Below the pieces are notes generated by a model, which ran no database searches, was not told the DNA's origin, and was given only the letters and a program-made list of their open reading frames with translations. A stretch of 64,000 nucleotides of DNA from a virus. The first letter of the stretch is position 1. Every line of letters begins with the position of its first letter. The translations under genes were made by a program, and so were the position numbers. Positions 30,204-39,257 of this stretch are shown here, one piece after another. The DNA is taken from positions 11,816 to 75,815 of IMG/VR virus record IMGVR_UViG_3300032173_000004; one strand, given 5' to 3'.

Positions 30204-31163
30204 CTAGTTTGTGAGTCCGTTCATTCGAAAGACAGCCTTGGCCACGATCTGGGCCTGTGGCTGTGTGAGTTTGCGTTCCACCATCAGCCATGCAACGGAC
30301 TCTCCGAAGCTCATGGCCTCCGGCAACGACTTCCGAACATGCTCAGGATCAGAGTGACCGTACCGAAGATCACTCATCCGACCTTCCAGACTTTGAACCG
30401 TGATCGCACGACCTGAAGCTCCAGTAGCTGCGAACGCCTTGGCTGACTCGTTTCGCTTCTGGAGATCCATCTCTTCCTGGGTCAGAGAACGAATTGCCTT
30501 CTTCTGATCCCTTCCACCACCAGAACAGTTGCAGGCTCCACAGCACTTGCCGCCCGAAGACTCTTGGCACGATCCACGCTCTTCGCGGTGAGCTTTGTAG
30601 ACCATGTCTGGAGTAATCGAGATCGACTTGGCATCATCTGCGGCCCACCACTCCACTGGCAGGGCGTTCAACGACTTCACGACTTCGAGCCAGGTGTTGG
30701 TGTTGATCGGAGCTGCCGTGATGGCAATGTCCTGGATCCAGCACTTGATGATGGTCTTGCCAGTGCGGCGAAGAACCTTGCCCTGGATCGAGAAGCCCAC
30801 CTTACGGTTCGATCCTGATGCCTCGAGAGCCAGAATCAGCTCCCAGATCGAATCAGCCTCCTTGTGGTTCTGGAAGAGGAAGCCCTTGACGTAGAGACCC
30901 TTGGCAGTCACTCGACACTCGGTCGGCTGACCTACCTTGTTCTCGAATCCGGGCTTGTGGTCGTTGTTGAAAAAACCGTGCTTGAGGAAGTAAGAAAAGT
31001 CGATCCCGTGCTGCTTTACGATCTCATCCTGGAGATCCATGTCCTCCGTGGACGCGATGCCTTCGATCCATCGCTTCCCGTCCGCGGGCTTCTTGGTCTC
31101 AGGAGTGGATTTCGTGATCGGCAACCAGAAGGAAAAACCACTCTCTTGAAGAAGATCAAGCAT
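30204..31163 (-). CDS. Prohead (capsid maturation) protease
   Basis: IEGIASTEDMDLQDEIVKQHGIDFSYFLKHGFFNNDH...VGFSIQGKV...AITAAPIN. ATG 31163 preferred because the upstream GTG lies inside a terminator hairpin. Confidence 0.9.
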   Translation of the reverse strand: MLDLLQESGFSFWLPITKSTPETKKPADGKRWIEGIASTEDMDLQDEIVKQHGIDFSYFLKHGFFNNDHKPGFENKVGQPTECRVTAKGLYVKGFLFQNHKEADSIWELILALEASGSNRKVGFSIQGKVLRRTGKTIIKCWIQDIAITAAPINTNTWLEVVKSLNALPVEWWAADDAKSISITPDMVYKAHREERGSCQESSGGKCCGACNCSGGGRDQKKAIRSLTQEEMDLQKRNESAKAFAATGASGRAITVQSLEGRMSDLRYGHSDPEHVRKSLPEAMSFGESVAWLMVERKLTQPQAQIVAKAVFRMNGLTN

Positions 31164-31178
31164 CCAGGATCCAGAAAC

Positions 31179-31217
31179 AAAAAAAGGGAGGTCGAGCACT
31201 TGGCTCGGTCTCCCTTT
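31179..31217 (-). terminator. Promoter-proximal terminator/attenuator with CAAGU loop
   Basis: Minus strand AAAGGGAG-ACCGAGC-CAAGT-GCTCGAC-CTCCC-TTTTTTT. Confidence 0.75.
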
Positions 31218-31241
31218 GTTGGAGTCGTCAGGTTTTGGAGA

Positions 31242-31271
31242 ACGCTACAGTGGATCGGATCGTTCTGTCAA
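31242..31271 (-). promoter_or_regulatory. sigma70-like promoter TTGACA-N18-TAGCGT
   Basis: Perfect -35 box, intergenic, upstream of the protease. Confidence 0.6.
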
Positions 31272-31278
31272 GAAGATC

Positions 31279-31506
31279 CTACGCAGGTTTCTTTTGCGTC
31301 TGCAAGAAAAGTTTTGGCCTTCGATCACTTGGCTGAATCTTCGACGAGTCCAGCAAGACAGGCACCGGCACTTCCTCGCCGCAGTTCTTGCACACGGCGA
31401 AGGCTTTGCCATCGCGGAACACCATAACCTTGTTAAGGATTTTGACAGTCCCGTTGGCGGACTTCACCACCACACCACCACAAGGGCAGGTGATGACGTG
31501 CTCCAT
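31279..31506 (-). CDS. Zn-ribbon protein
   Basis: CPCGG...CKNCG. Confidence 0.65.
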   Translation of the reverse strand: MEHVITCPCGGVVVKSANGTVKILNKVMVFRDGKAFAVCKNCGEEVPVPVLLDSSKIQPSDRRPKLFLQTQKKPA

Positions 31507-34500
31507 CAGGCGACGGCCTGGATCCTGGAAATCATCGAATCGAGCAAGGATTTCGCAACGTTGCTATCTTGTCCCTGCTGTGGCCGATCTTCCTCGATCG
31601 GAGAGGTATCAGGCTCATCTTGCAGCTCGAAGCCGTCCGCACCGTCGTCCAGATCTCCCTTGCCCCCGTCCGCGTACTCTCTTCCATCGGGAGGAAGAGG
31701 TGGATCAGAAACACCCGTTGCCTGCTTGAACGACGCCCACTCTTGATCGTGCTCATGGAGCGGGTGACTGTGAATCCACTCGCTGAAGGCCTGCTCATCC
31801 GGCAGACGATCAGGGTGAGTTGCCGTTACGTGCCAGACCACAGGTCCGTACGTTCCCTGCGCAAGACTCTTCTCGATCTTCTTCAGCTTCTGGTAGTACT
31901 TCGGATCCTCTGTGAGATGATCCTTTGCGATCTCGTACGCAACGCTGGGATCATTGGTGTGCTCCATCTCCACCTTGATCCCCTCCATCACGCTGTCGAA
32001 GTCGAAATCCTTGTCAGCTCTTCCCTCTGCCAAACCACCAGGGATCTTATCCTTGGTGATCATGTAGGGATGCTTGTGAGTCCCGAAGACCTTGCTCTTG
32101 AACTCACGCATGGTCATCTGAGTCATCGATCCGAAAAAGTTCGGATTGTCGTAGTGCTTGAGGTAGGCCTTCTTCGCCTGCTTGGCCGAATCAAAGCCAA
32201 GCATACACTTGTCCTCGTCATACTGCTTGAAGTCCGGCCCCTTCATCTGGTGGATGACGAACACCTTGTCGGAGTTCCGACGTGGACCGACGTAGACGTC
32301 GACCTCTCCATTGTCCGTCCCCTCCGTCTTACGGATGAATCCGTACGGGTAGAGCATCTTCGTCTCACCCGTCTCTCCTGTCGCGTGATCCTCCCAACGG
32401 CGTATACTGCCGGCAGGATTCTCAATGGAGATCGGCAGGCCCTGAAACACCATCTTGCCTACGACACCGATCGAAGCTCCTGACTCTCGGTCGTCGATCT
32501 TCTGATGAAACGGCTGAGCTTTGCCAAGCTGGTGCTCGCTGCCTTCGAAGGCCGAATTCTCCGACGCCGGCTTCACATGCAACCAACGACCGGTCTTCTT
32601 GCTATCGACCCACCGGTAGCTACCGTGAACAGCGCCCGTTTCGGGATGAACCACGTCTCCGTGCCACTCCGACTTTGGATGAAGCTTCAGCTCCGTTCCA
32701 CTGTGGTCGGTGACCACTGCACGACCCATGCGTCCGCCTGGATCATGAGGAATGTTGATCTCACCTGGCTTCGTGCCGTACGACTTGTTCAGATCTGGGT
32801 TGTGGTGATGGATGGCCGCGATGTAGAGGGCCTCAACCAGCAGAGGATCGACGTACAGCTCCTGAGCAATCCTGTGGAAGCTGCCACCGCGGTGACCAAG
32901 CATCTGAGCCACTTGAGCCATCGCCTGCTTCGTGATCGCAGGCAGATTGTTCGGCTTCAGGTTGGCTTTCTTGGCAACCAGATTCTGGAAGACCTTCGAG
33001 AACAGCTCAGACCCGTGATAGACACGGAACTGGTTGAGTAGCAACCCAAACTGCTGATCCATGATCTGGGCCAACAGCGACTGGGGAATCCTCTGTCCGT
33101 TGATCTGAAACAGGTAGTCCTCTGGAGACTTGCCCTGCATCAGTTCCTGAAGGACTGCAGATGACTCGGAGTCCATGGTGACCACGGACTGATGCGGTCC
33201 ACCCGTCTTGTCCTTGTAGGTGAACTGGATCGTGTTGCCCTGAGGCGCCACGTCTTTCACCTTGATCGACAGAAGTCCACTTTCGTCGCCATCGGCCACC
33301 ATCTTGGCCTGATCCACCAGGGCCATGATGAGACCGAGAGCCCTCTCGCCCGGATCCTGGGACTGGAACAGGCTCGCATACCACTGACGAACCTTCTCCA
33401 GCTGCGCATCGACATGCTTCAGATCCTCATTGAACTTACGCCGAGGATCCTTCACACAGTCGCGGTGGAAGTAGTTGTGCTCGGTCTTGCCAGTCTCTGG
33501 GTCCTGATACCTCTGAGCCCAGTGATAGATATCAGGATCATAGTGATTATTGTCCTCAACCTCAGCACCCTCTGGAGCCGGGCGATTGAGCTTTCGACCA
33601 CGATGATCGAAGAACTGCGGTGCTACATCCGGCGTTGGCTCATGCGGGTGAACCTGAGGCGGACCTGCATTGGGATCATGGTGGGGGTGACCCTCAGGAG
33701 CGTTGGTTCCTCGGACCACGTTGCCTTGTGGATCTTCCCACATGTGCCGATGAGCACCAGGCTCTCCCTCTCTCCAGAGGTACTTCATGGTGTTGGAGTG
33801 CATCGGCTCTCCAGCCATTGCCTTGGCCAGAACATCCAGAGCCTCTTCGAAAAGAAGATCATCGAAGGCCTTGCGGGTGTACTCATACTGCGAATAGTCC
33901 GGCTCGTACTCCTCACCGGCAACGTCAGCGTACCTTTGGGCGTACTCGTCCTCCGGTTCTTTCGCAGCTGGACGGGACATGGCAGCCATGCGCTGCCGGT
34001 AGGCCTCTTCTTCTTTTCTACGCTGAGCCTGAATCTCCGGTGGGGCGAGATGAGCATACGGATCCTCTGTCGTCCCCGCCTCTACTGCTTCCGGCTCCAT
34101 CATGTGGCCGCCGCCAGCCAGCTCGTGAGCTGCTCCCTGATAGCCTTGCGTCTGCTGAAGCTGCTGTTGACGGGCTACCATCTGCTCTGGACCTGCCTGG
34201 TATCCAGTCCCCATCTTCAGACCCACACCACCAGGCTCACGACCCTGCCGAGCTTGGCCTCCCGGAGCCGGGCGTGCTGTCCACGACACCTCTGGCTCCT
34301 GGTACGGAACCGCACCAGCCTTCGGGCTGCGCATCACCTCTCCGGTCTCAGGATCGGCGAACTCAGCAGCACTTACCTGCATCGCACCCTTCGGCTTGGC
34401 AGCCTTGGCACCTTGCCTCTTGATCTCAGGCTGATCACGATACTCCCGCATCTGCTGTTCCTGTGCTGCCGACAAGAACTGAGGCAGACTTCGGATCATC

Positions 34501-36677
34501 TCACCGCGAGCAGTGTTGAGCAGGTGATTCTGAAACCGACCTCGATGCGGATTGTAGGTGTTGATGGCGTGCTCTACTGACGCGCCGATGGCGTGGCTGG
34601 CTAGCTCTTTGGCCAAGTCGTGAGATTGCGGATCCATGTGGCCACTGTACAGACCTCGAGGGCGCAGAACTCCATAGGCAGCCATGTTGTAGAGAGGGCC
34701 CATGTTCTCGGTCTGGATGTCTCGCTTGACCTTCCGTTCCAGCTCAGGACTGTTGAACTGAAGCTTGGGCGCCATACGAACATTGCGAATCTCGTGACCC
34801 AGAGAGTTGATCGTCGTTCTGACAGCTGTCGGTGCCTCACCCCACGTCCACGTTCCATGCTCCCCGTGCTCAAGAGCATTCGTGGTCTTCATCGGCTTGC
34901 GAGACTCTTTTCCTTCAGGACCACGACGAGGACGCCAGTCTGCGTCGTGCTCCACGTACGACGTGGGTTCCCATCCTGCCGTGTGCTTCAACTTCTGCCG
35001 TTCTGCGGGTGGCGTCGCTCCTCGCTCTTCCTCATCCTTGAGAAAGCGCATCGTCGATGCGTGCTTCGCCACGAAGTTTCGCAGATTGTCCGGCGTCTCC
35101 GCATGGCCGCGGGACCACTCTCCGGGCTCCTCGCCGTAGGCCTCAGCAAGAGCCTTTCCGTACTTGCTGGTCGTGTCGAACTGAGTCAGTGGCTTTCCAG
35201 TCCCTGTCTTCGGGCTGCGCCAGTGAAGCCACGGCTGACCATGAGGATCGTACTCCGTGTTGACCTGGTTCTGCAGCAGATGCCTTTCGAAGTCAGCCAT
35301 TGATCCAGGTCGATATGCCTGCTGCACGTTGGTCTTGCCAGGGGTCTGTCCGGGACCGTAGACGACAACAGAGCCCTTGGTGAACTTGGGCACACCTTTT
35401 TCGTCAACTGCGATCTCTTTCTGTTTGCCTGGCTGATCTCCCTTGCCACGGCGTCCCGCACCTCGGGCAGAGCCAGGCATGTGGATGATCTTGTCCTCGG
35501 TCTTGCCCGTGTCCTTGTTGAACAGCTGAGCCGGGAACGAACCACCCTCAGCGACATGCCACGCTCTCGAGTGATGATAGGCCTCCTCGGGAGAAGACAC
35601 GTTGGCAGCCTTGGTCTCTGGGTGGATGTCCATCGTGTGACCTGACAGACGACCCATGTGTTGAATGCCGTGGTGGCCCTCGGGATGCATCTCACCCGTG
35701 TAGGCGTACTGCCAACGGCCATTCTCCCACCACCTTTTGACGTACTGGTGACCCTGCTTCTCAGGAGCCGCCACAGGCTTCTGGGGCGCCGCAGCTGCCA
35801 CTGGGGCTGCCGGAGCCTTGGGAGCCGCTGCGGGGGCTTCCTGAGCCGCTGGAGCGCCTCCAGCAGCCTCTGCTTCGCCCAGAGCTTTGGACAGCAAGCC
35901 GCCCTCGAAATCCGGCCTCCAGCACCACAGGATACCGGTGGCTCCATCCAAAGAGCGTGCCAGGATGTTGGTGAACTTCTCCATACCAGCTCGGTCACCA
36001 GCCCCAAGATACCGGCGGATCTCCTGAATCGGATTGGTCATGGGAACCTTGATCCCGAGCACCTCCGACCAGGGCCTGCGCTGATTCTTTCCCGGTCGGA
36101 TCGGTCCCGGAGCTTTGTACTTGGTGTCTGACGTTCTCTCGTAGCCATACTTGAGAGCCAGAGGATCACCATTGGCGTCACGCGGCGTGTAGTCTCCGAA
36201 GGTGTCGACAGGCGACACTTGAGACGACATCACAGCGATCGACTTGGTGGCTTCCTTCTCTTCGTCCTTCTCCGTTTGCTCTTGAGCTTCTTCCTGCGCT
36301 TCGCCACTGTCCTGAGCATCCTGGGCAGCCTGCTCGTTCTCCTCTGCTTGACCAGAGTTGATCATGTCCTGGCGCTTCTCTTCACGCTTTCGCTGCAACT
36401 CTTCAGGATCACCACCGCGGAAGGTGCCTTCTTCTGACGGGTCCTTGGCCTTGCGAACCACAGGATTCTTGCGATCTGTGGTATTGACCCAGCTTGGCTC
36501 CATCCAGTCCGGCAGGCCGTCTGGTGTCGACTTGTCCACCTCAGCTTCCTGCCGCTTCTCTTCCCTCTTCTCCTGCATGTCCACCGGGTCACCACCGCGG
36601 AAGGTCCCATCCCCATCGCTATCGGACGCTTTGGAGATCATCTCATTGATGAGGTCGTGAGAGCTGCTAAGCCGCAT
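31506..36677 (-). CDS. Large multidomain (polyvalent-type) protein: sigma70-r2-like, topoisomerase IB-like, InPase and DUF5661-like modules
   Basis: ATG 36677 with SD GGAGG. InPase: GLPISIENPAGSIR...YGFIRKTEGTDNGEVDVYVG...DEDKCMLGF. TopIB-like: IQFTYKDKTG...FRVYHG...VAQMLGH...LYVDP. DUF5661-like: DKIPGGLA...GIKVEMEHT...IAKDHLTEDPKYY. Confidence 0.8.
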   Translation of the reverse strand: MRLSSSHDLINEMISKASDSDGDGTFRGGDPVDMQEKREEKRQEAEVDKSTPDGLPDWMEPSWVNTTDRKNPVVRKAKDPSEEGTFRGGDPEELQRKREEKRQDMINSGQAEENEQAAQDAQDSGEAQEEAQEQTEKDEEKEATKSIAVMSSQVSPVDTFGDYTPRDANGDPLALKYGYERTSDTKYKAPGPIRPGKNQRRPWSEVLGIKVPMTNPIQEIRRYLGAGDRAGMEKFTNILARSLDGATGILWCWRPDFEGGLLSKALGEAEAAGGAPAAQEAPAAAPKAPAAPVAAAAPQKPVAAPEKQGHQYVKRWWENGRWQYAYTGEMHPEGHHGIQHMGRLSGHTMDIHPETKAANVSSPEEAYHHSRAWHVAEGGSFPAQLFNKDTGKTEDKIIHMPGSARGAGRRGKGDQPGKQKEIAVDEKGVPKFTKGSVVVYGPGQTPGKTNVQQAYRPGSMADFERHLLQNQVNTEYDPHGQPWLHWRSPKTGTGKPLTQFDTTSKYGKALAEAYGEEPGEWSRGHAETPDNLRNFVAKHASTMRFLKDEEERGATPPAERQKLKHTAGWEPTSYVEHDADWRPRRGPEGKESRKPMKTTNALEHGEHGTWTWGEAPTAVRTTINSLGHEIRNVRMAPKLQFNSPELERKVKRDIQTENMGPLYNMAAYGVLRPRGLYSGHMDPQSHDLAKELASHAIGASVEHAINTYNPHRGRFQNHLLNTARGEMIRSLPQFLSAAQEQQMREYRDQPEIKRQGAKAAKPKGAMQVSAAEFADPETGEVMRSPKAGAVPYQEPEVSWTARPAPGGQARQGREPGGVGLKMGTGYQAGPEQMVARQQQLQQTQGYQGAAHELAGGGHMMEPEAVEAGTTEDPYAHLAPPEIQAQRRKEEEAYRQRMAAMSRPAAKEPEDEYAQRYADVAGEEYEPDYSQYEYTRKAFDDLLFEEALDVLAKAMAGEPMHSNTMKYLWREGEPGAHRHMWEDPQGNVVRGTNAPEGHPHHDPNAGPPQVHPHEPTPDVAPQFFDHRGRKLNRPAPEGAEVEDNNHYDPDIYHWAQRYQDPETGKTEHNYFHRDCVKDPRRKFNEDLKHVDAQLEKVRQWYASLFQSQDPGERALGLIMALVDQAKMVADGDESGLLSIKVKDVAPQGNTIQFTYKDKTGGPHQSVVTMDSESSAVLQELMQGKSPEDYLFQINGQRIPQSLLAQIMDQQFGLLLNQFRVYHGSELFSKVFQNLVAKKANLKPNNLPAITKQAMAQVAQMLGHRGGSFHRIAQELYVDPLLVEALYIAAIHHHNPDLNKSYGTKPGEINIPHDPGGRMGRAVVTDHSGTELKLHPKSEWHGDVVHPETGAVHGSYRWVDSKKTGRWLHVKPASENSAFEGSEHQLGKAQPFHQKIDDRESGASIGVVGKMVFQGLPISIENPAGSIRRWEDHATGETGETKMLYPYGFIRKTEGTDNGEVDVYVGPRRNSDKVFVIHQMKGPDFKQYDEDKCMLGFDSAKQAKKAYLKHYDNPNFFGSMTQMTMREFKSKVFGTHKHPYMITKDKIPGGLAEGRADKDFDFDSVMEGIKVEMEHTNDPSVAYEIAKDHLTEDPKYYQKLKKIEKSLAQGTYGPVVWHVTATHPDRLPDEQAFSEWIHSHPLHEHDQEWASFKQATGVSDPPLPPDGREYADGGKGDLDDGADGFELQDEPDTSPIEEDRPQQGQDSNVAKSLLDSMISRIQAVA

Positions 36678-36957
36678 TGGGACCCTCCGGGACGTCGCTC
36701 TGCGCACCAAGACCGCCGCCTTCCTGACCAGCGTTCTGCTTCATGTACAGGACATGATCTCGACCCTTGGCCGTACGGAGAAGCTCATCGATCTTGGTGT
36801 GAAGCTGCTCGTCGTGGATGTACATCTGCTCCAGCTTCTCAAGGCGCTGGATGATCTGTCTCATCTCGTCCAGGTCTTGAACCTGAAACAGGTAGCTCTC
36901 GTCAGGAAGAGCTGCTTGAGAAGCATTCAGAAGCGAATGAGCCTTGGAGTCGATCAT
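36667..36957 (-). CDS. Hypothetical protein
   Basis: 96 aa, closely packed between MuF and the large ORF. Confidence 0.6.
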   Translation of the reverse strand: MIDSKAHSLLNASQAALPDESYLFQVQDLDEMRQIIQRLEKLEQMYIHDEQLHTKIDELLRTAKGRDHVLYMKQNAGQEGGGLGAQSDVPEGPNAA

Positions 36958-36960
36958 TGT

Positions 36961-37860
36961 TCAGTCCTTATCAGGAAACGCCTTGTCAGGATCAACAAGC
37001 GTGTACTCACCCTTCTTGTTCCACCCCCAACCAGGGGGCACGTATCGCATCCGACAGAAACAGTGCGGATGAAGAGGGGGTATGACAGGACGAGCATGCT
37101 GCCGCCATGGCCTGACATAGTTCGATCCCTCATTCGACATCAGCACCGACAGCTTGAAGATCTTTGGGTTGCCAGTTTTTGGATCAAGGTACAAACGCTT
37201 GCAGTCTTCACATGCGTCTGGAGCAGGAACAATCGCCACATCGCTGTCGATTCCGTCGGAGTCCTTGTAGAAGTCAACCTTGCCAATGATCGACTGTGCG
37301 ATGCCGCGCTGCCTGACCGAGTGCATCTCTGTTGAGGCCACCCGGGACCAGTTGCGCTTGTCCTCCTTCAGACTGACAACCAGCTCCTTCATCACGTCCA
37401 GATATTTCTGGTTGAGGATGACACCAGTCTTGACCGCATCCTTGATCACACCACGTACCTGAGCCTCTGACACCGCTGCCTTGGTTTCAGCTGCCAGCTT
37501 GGAGTAGAGACCGTTGGCAATGTCCTCTCCTAGCGCCCGGTACTTGGAGTGGGCTGACAGCTCTGAGGCCTTGACCTGCAGGTTCTCGATGGGAGTCAAA
37601 GGACGCTCAGCGTCTTTTGTCAGGTCCGTCCAACCGTACTGCGTCCACTCCGTCTGCTTCATGACCGCTTCTTGCTCGCCCAGCACGAAAGCAAGTTGGA
37701 TCAAAGACGACGGAAGCTGTGTCGACATCTCAGCCGGAACAGCCACTGATCCTGGGTGTGGAGTTTGAGCGTCACCAAACAGACGCCATAGAAACCAACT
37801 CACATGGCGTTGGATGATCTCGAGGATCTTCTCCAGCTGTTGCTTGGTGAGCACCGACAT
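36961..37860 (-). CDS. MuF (Mu gpF/SPP1 gp7-like) minor head protein
   Basis: WSRVASTEMH...DACEDCKRLY...PPLHPHCFC. Confidence 0.85.
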   Translation of the reverse strand: MSVLTKQQLEKILEIIQRHVSWFLWRLFGDAQTPHPGSVAVPAEMSTQLPSSLIQLAFVLGEQEAVMKQTEWTQYGWTDLTKDAERPLTPIENLQVKASELSAHSKYRALGEDIANGLYSKLAAETKAAVSEAQVRGVIKDAVKTGVILNQKYLDVMKELVVSLKEDKRNWSRVASTEMHSVRQRGIAQSIIGKVDFYKDSDGIDSDVAIVPAPDACEDCKRLYLDPKTGNPKIFKLSVLMSNEGSNYVRPWRQHARPVIPPLHPHCFCRMRYVPPGWGWNKKGEYTLVDPDKAFPDKD

Positions 37861-37877
37861 TCAAGCACGACCTGATC

Positions 37878-38849
37878 CTACACCGTGACGTAGAGGGATT
37901 TCTTTGCCTTCTTCTTGGACCGACCTGCCATGCTGTACGCGATGGCGATGGCTTGGTCCTGAGGCTTTCCCTCGTGCATCAGCAACCTGATCTTGTCACT
38001 GACCCACTGGTCGCTCTTAGACTTGCGCATCATCCCTTCCAGAATTGATCTGGCAAATGTAGCTCCATGTGGATCTACAATCTGCGACTGACGAGCCTGA
38101 GTCAAAAGATCAGACATTGGTTTCTTACTACCCTTCAGCCGATCAGACTGCTCCAACTGACGTTCGGCCATAGGTGTGGCAACCTGGTACGTTGGACCAC
38201 CTTCTTCTGTACCAATCTTCCACGGCGCCCGAGCTTCCTGGGTTGCTTTTCCTCCCAGGACTCCTATGTGCGCAGACAAGGCAGCACTGACGTGAGGTTC
38301 CGAATAGCTCTTCGGATTCCTCGCATAGTGCATCATCATATCGTAGTGATGATCTGGCCCTGAAGTGATCCCCAAACCTTCGAGGTGTTGAATCTTGCGA
38401 TTGGTATCGGCAAGCAGATTAATCCGGCGCTGAACGTCAGGGTGAGTGGCGTCGTGACCAGAGGCCTGGTGACCATTCAGCTTCTCGGTCAGATGCACCT
38501 TCATCGCCTGCAGACGAGCATGCTTGTGCTCTGGAGAAGAAACATCAGGACCCTCGGGATGCGCCCCCTCGGACACGTCAATCGCCGCCTTGTGCAGATA
38601 GTCCGCGTGTGCCCGAACAGCTTTGAACAGATCCATTCCCTTCGTCAGGTCATCACGGATCACGAGCGCCGGCTGCGGAGGTGACGGAGGACGAAGACCG
38701 GTGATCACACCGTTCACCATTCCTTGCGTCGACACAGGACCCACTTCTGCTTGCAGAGGCGACTTCTCCATAACGATTCCACCAAGAAACGCAGATGGCC
38801 GCTCAGCGGAAACAAGTCGTCGGGGACCAATCATGTCAGCTCGGATCAT
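37878..38849 (-). CDS. Putative internal head protein
   Basis: His-rich with several x-K-[S/A/G] sites. C-terminal IRLLMHEGKPQDQAIAIAYSMA. Confidence 0.6.
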   Translation of the reverse strand: MIRADMIGPRRLVSAERPSAFLGGIVMEKSPLQAEVGPVSTQGMVNGVITGLRPPSPPQPALVIRDDLTKGMDLFKAVRAHADYLHKAAIDVSEGAHPEGPDVSSPEHKHARLQAMKVHLTEKLNGHQASGHDATHPDVQRRINLLADTNRKIQHLEGLGITSGPDHHYDMMMHYARNPKSYSEPHVSAALSAHIGVLGGKATQEARAPWKIGTEEGGPTYQVATPMAERQLEQSDRLKGSKKPMSDLLTQARQSQIVDPHGATFARSILEGMMRKSKSDQWVSDKIRLLMHEGKPQDQAIAIAYSMAGRSKKKAKKSLYVTV

Positions 38850-38853
38850 CGGT

Positions 38854-39015
38854 CTACCTCGTCATCGCCATGAGTGCTATTGCCAGCGGTGCCTTCCCAT
38901 CCTGCATCAGGCGAACCGCGTTGTCTCTCGTCATCCCGTACTTGATGATGAGGAGCTTCAACACCTTCTCCCCATCTGTCGACAACCTCGTCGATTTTTT
39001 GACCCTGGACTTCAT
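38854..39015 (-). CDS. Small hypothetical protein (53 aa)
   Basis: Below the ORF-track cutoff. ATGA-coupled; MKSRVKKST...LMQDGKAPLAIALMAMTR. Confidence 0.5.
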   Translation of the reverse strand: MKSRVKKSTRLSTDGEKVLKLLIIKYGMTRDNAVRLMQDGKAPLAIALMAMTR

Positions 39016-39257
39016 ACCAGGAGCATCTTCTTGATCCGAAACAACACCACCAGTTCCTGCATCATGCTGTCGATCATCGCGTCGTAGGTGTCAGACACTT
39101 CTTTGGAGAGCCTCCTCGTTGCCTCGTTCTGAGACGTGAAGAAGTCCTCCTGCTCCGATGGCTCGCCCAGAGCCTTCTCGAGAGCATCATGCATCACTTC
39201 CAGCTTTTCCGCTGGAACGGTGATGCTAACTGCGGCTGACGGATCGACCCGGGACAC
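39012..39257 (-). CDS. Hypothetical protein
   Basis: 81-aa acidic ORF. Confidence 0.55.
   Translation of the reverse strand: MSRVDPSAAVSITVPAEKLEVMHDALEKALGEPSEQEDFFTSQNEATRRLSKEVSDTYDAMIDSMMQELVVLFRIKKMLLV

Noticed and set aside
36340-36620. Duplicated GTFRGGDP segment (and the 40500-40870 repeats) as a DGR template/variable pair
   Set aside because: Short in-frame protein repeats with no evident adenine-specific pattern, and no reverse transcriptase in the window.
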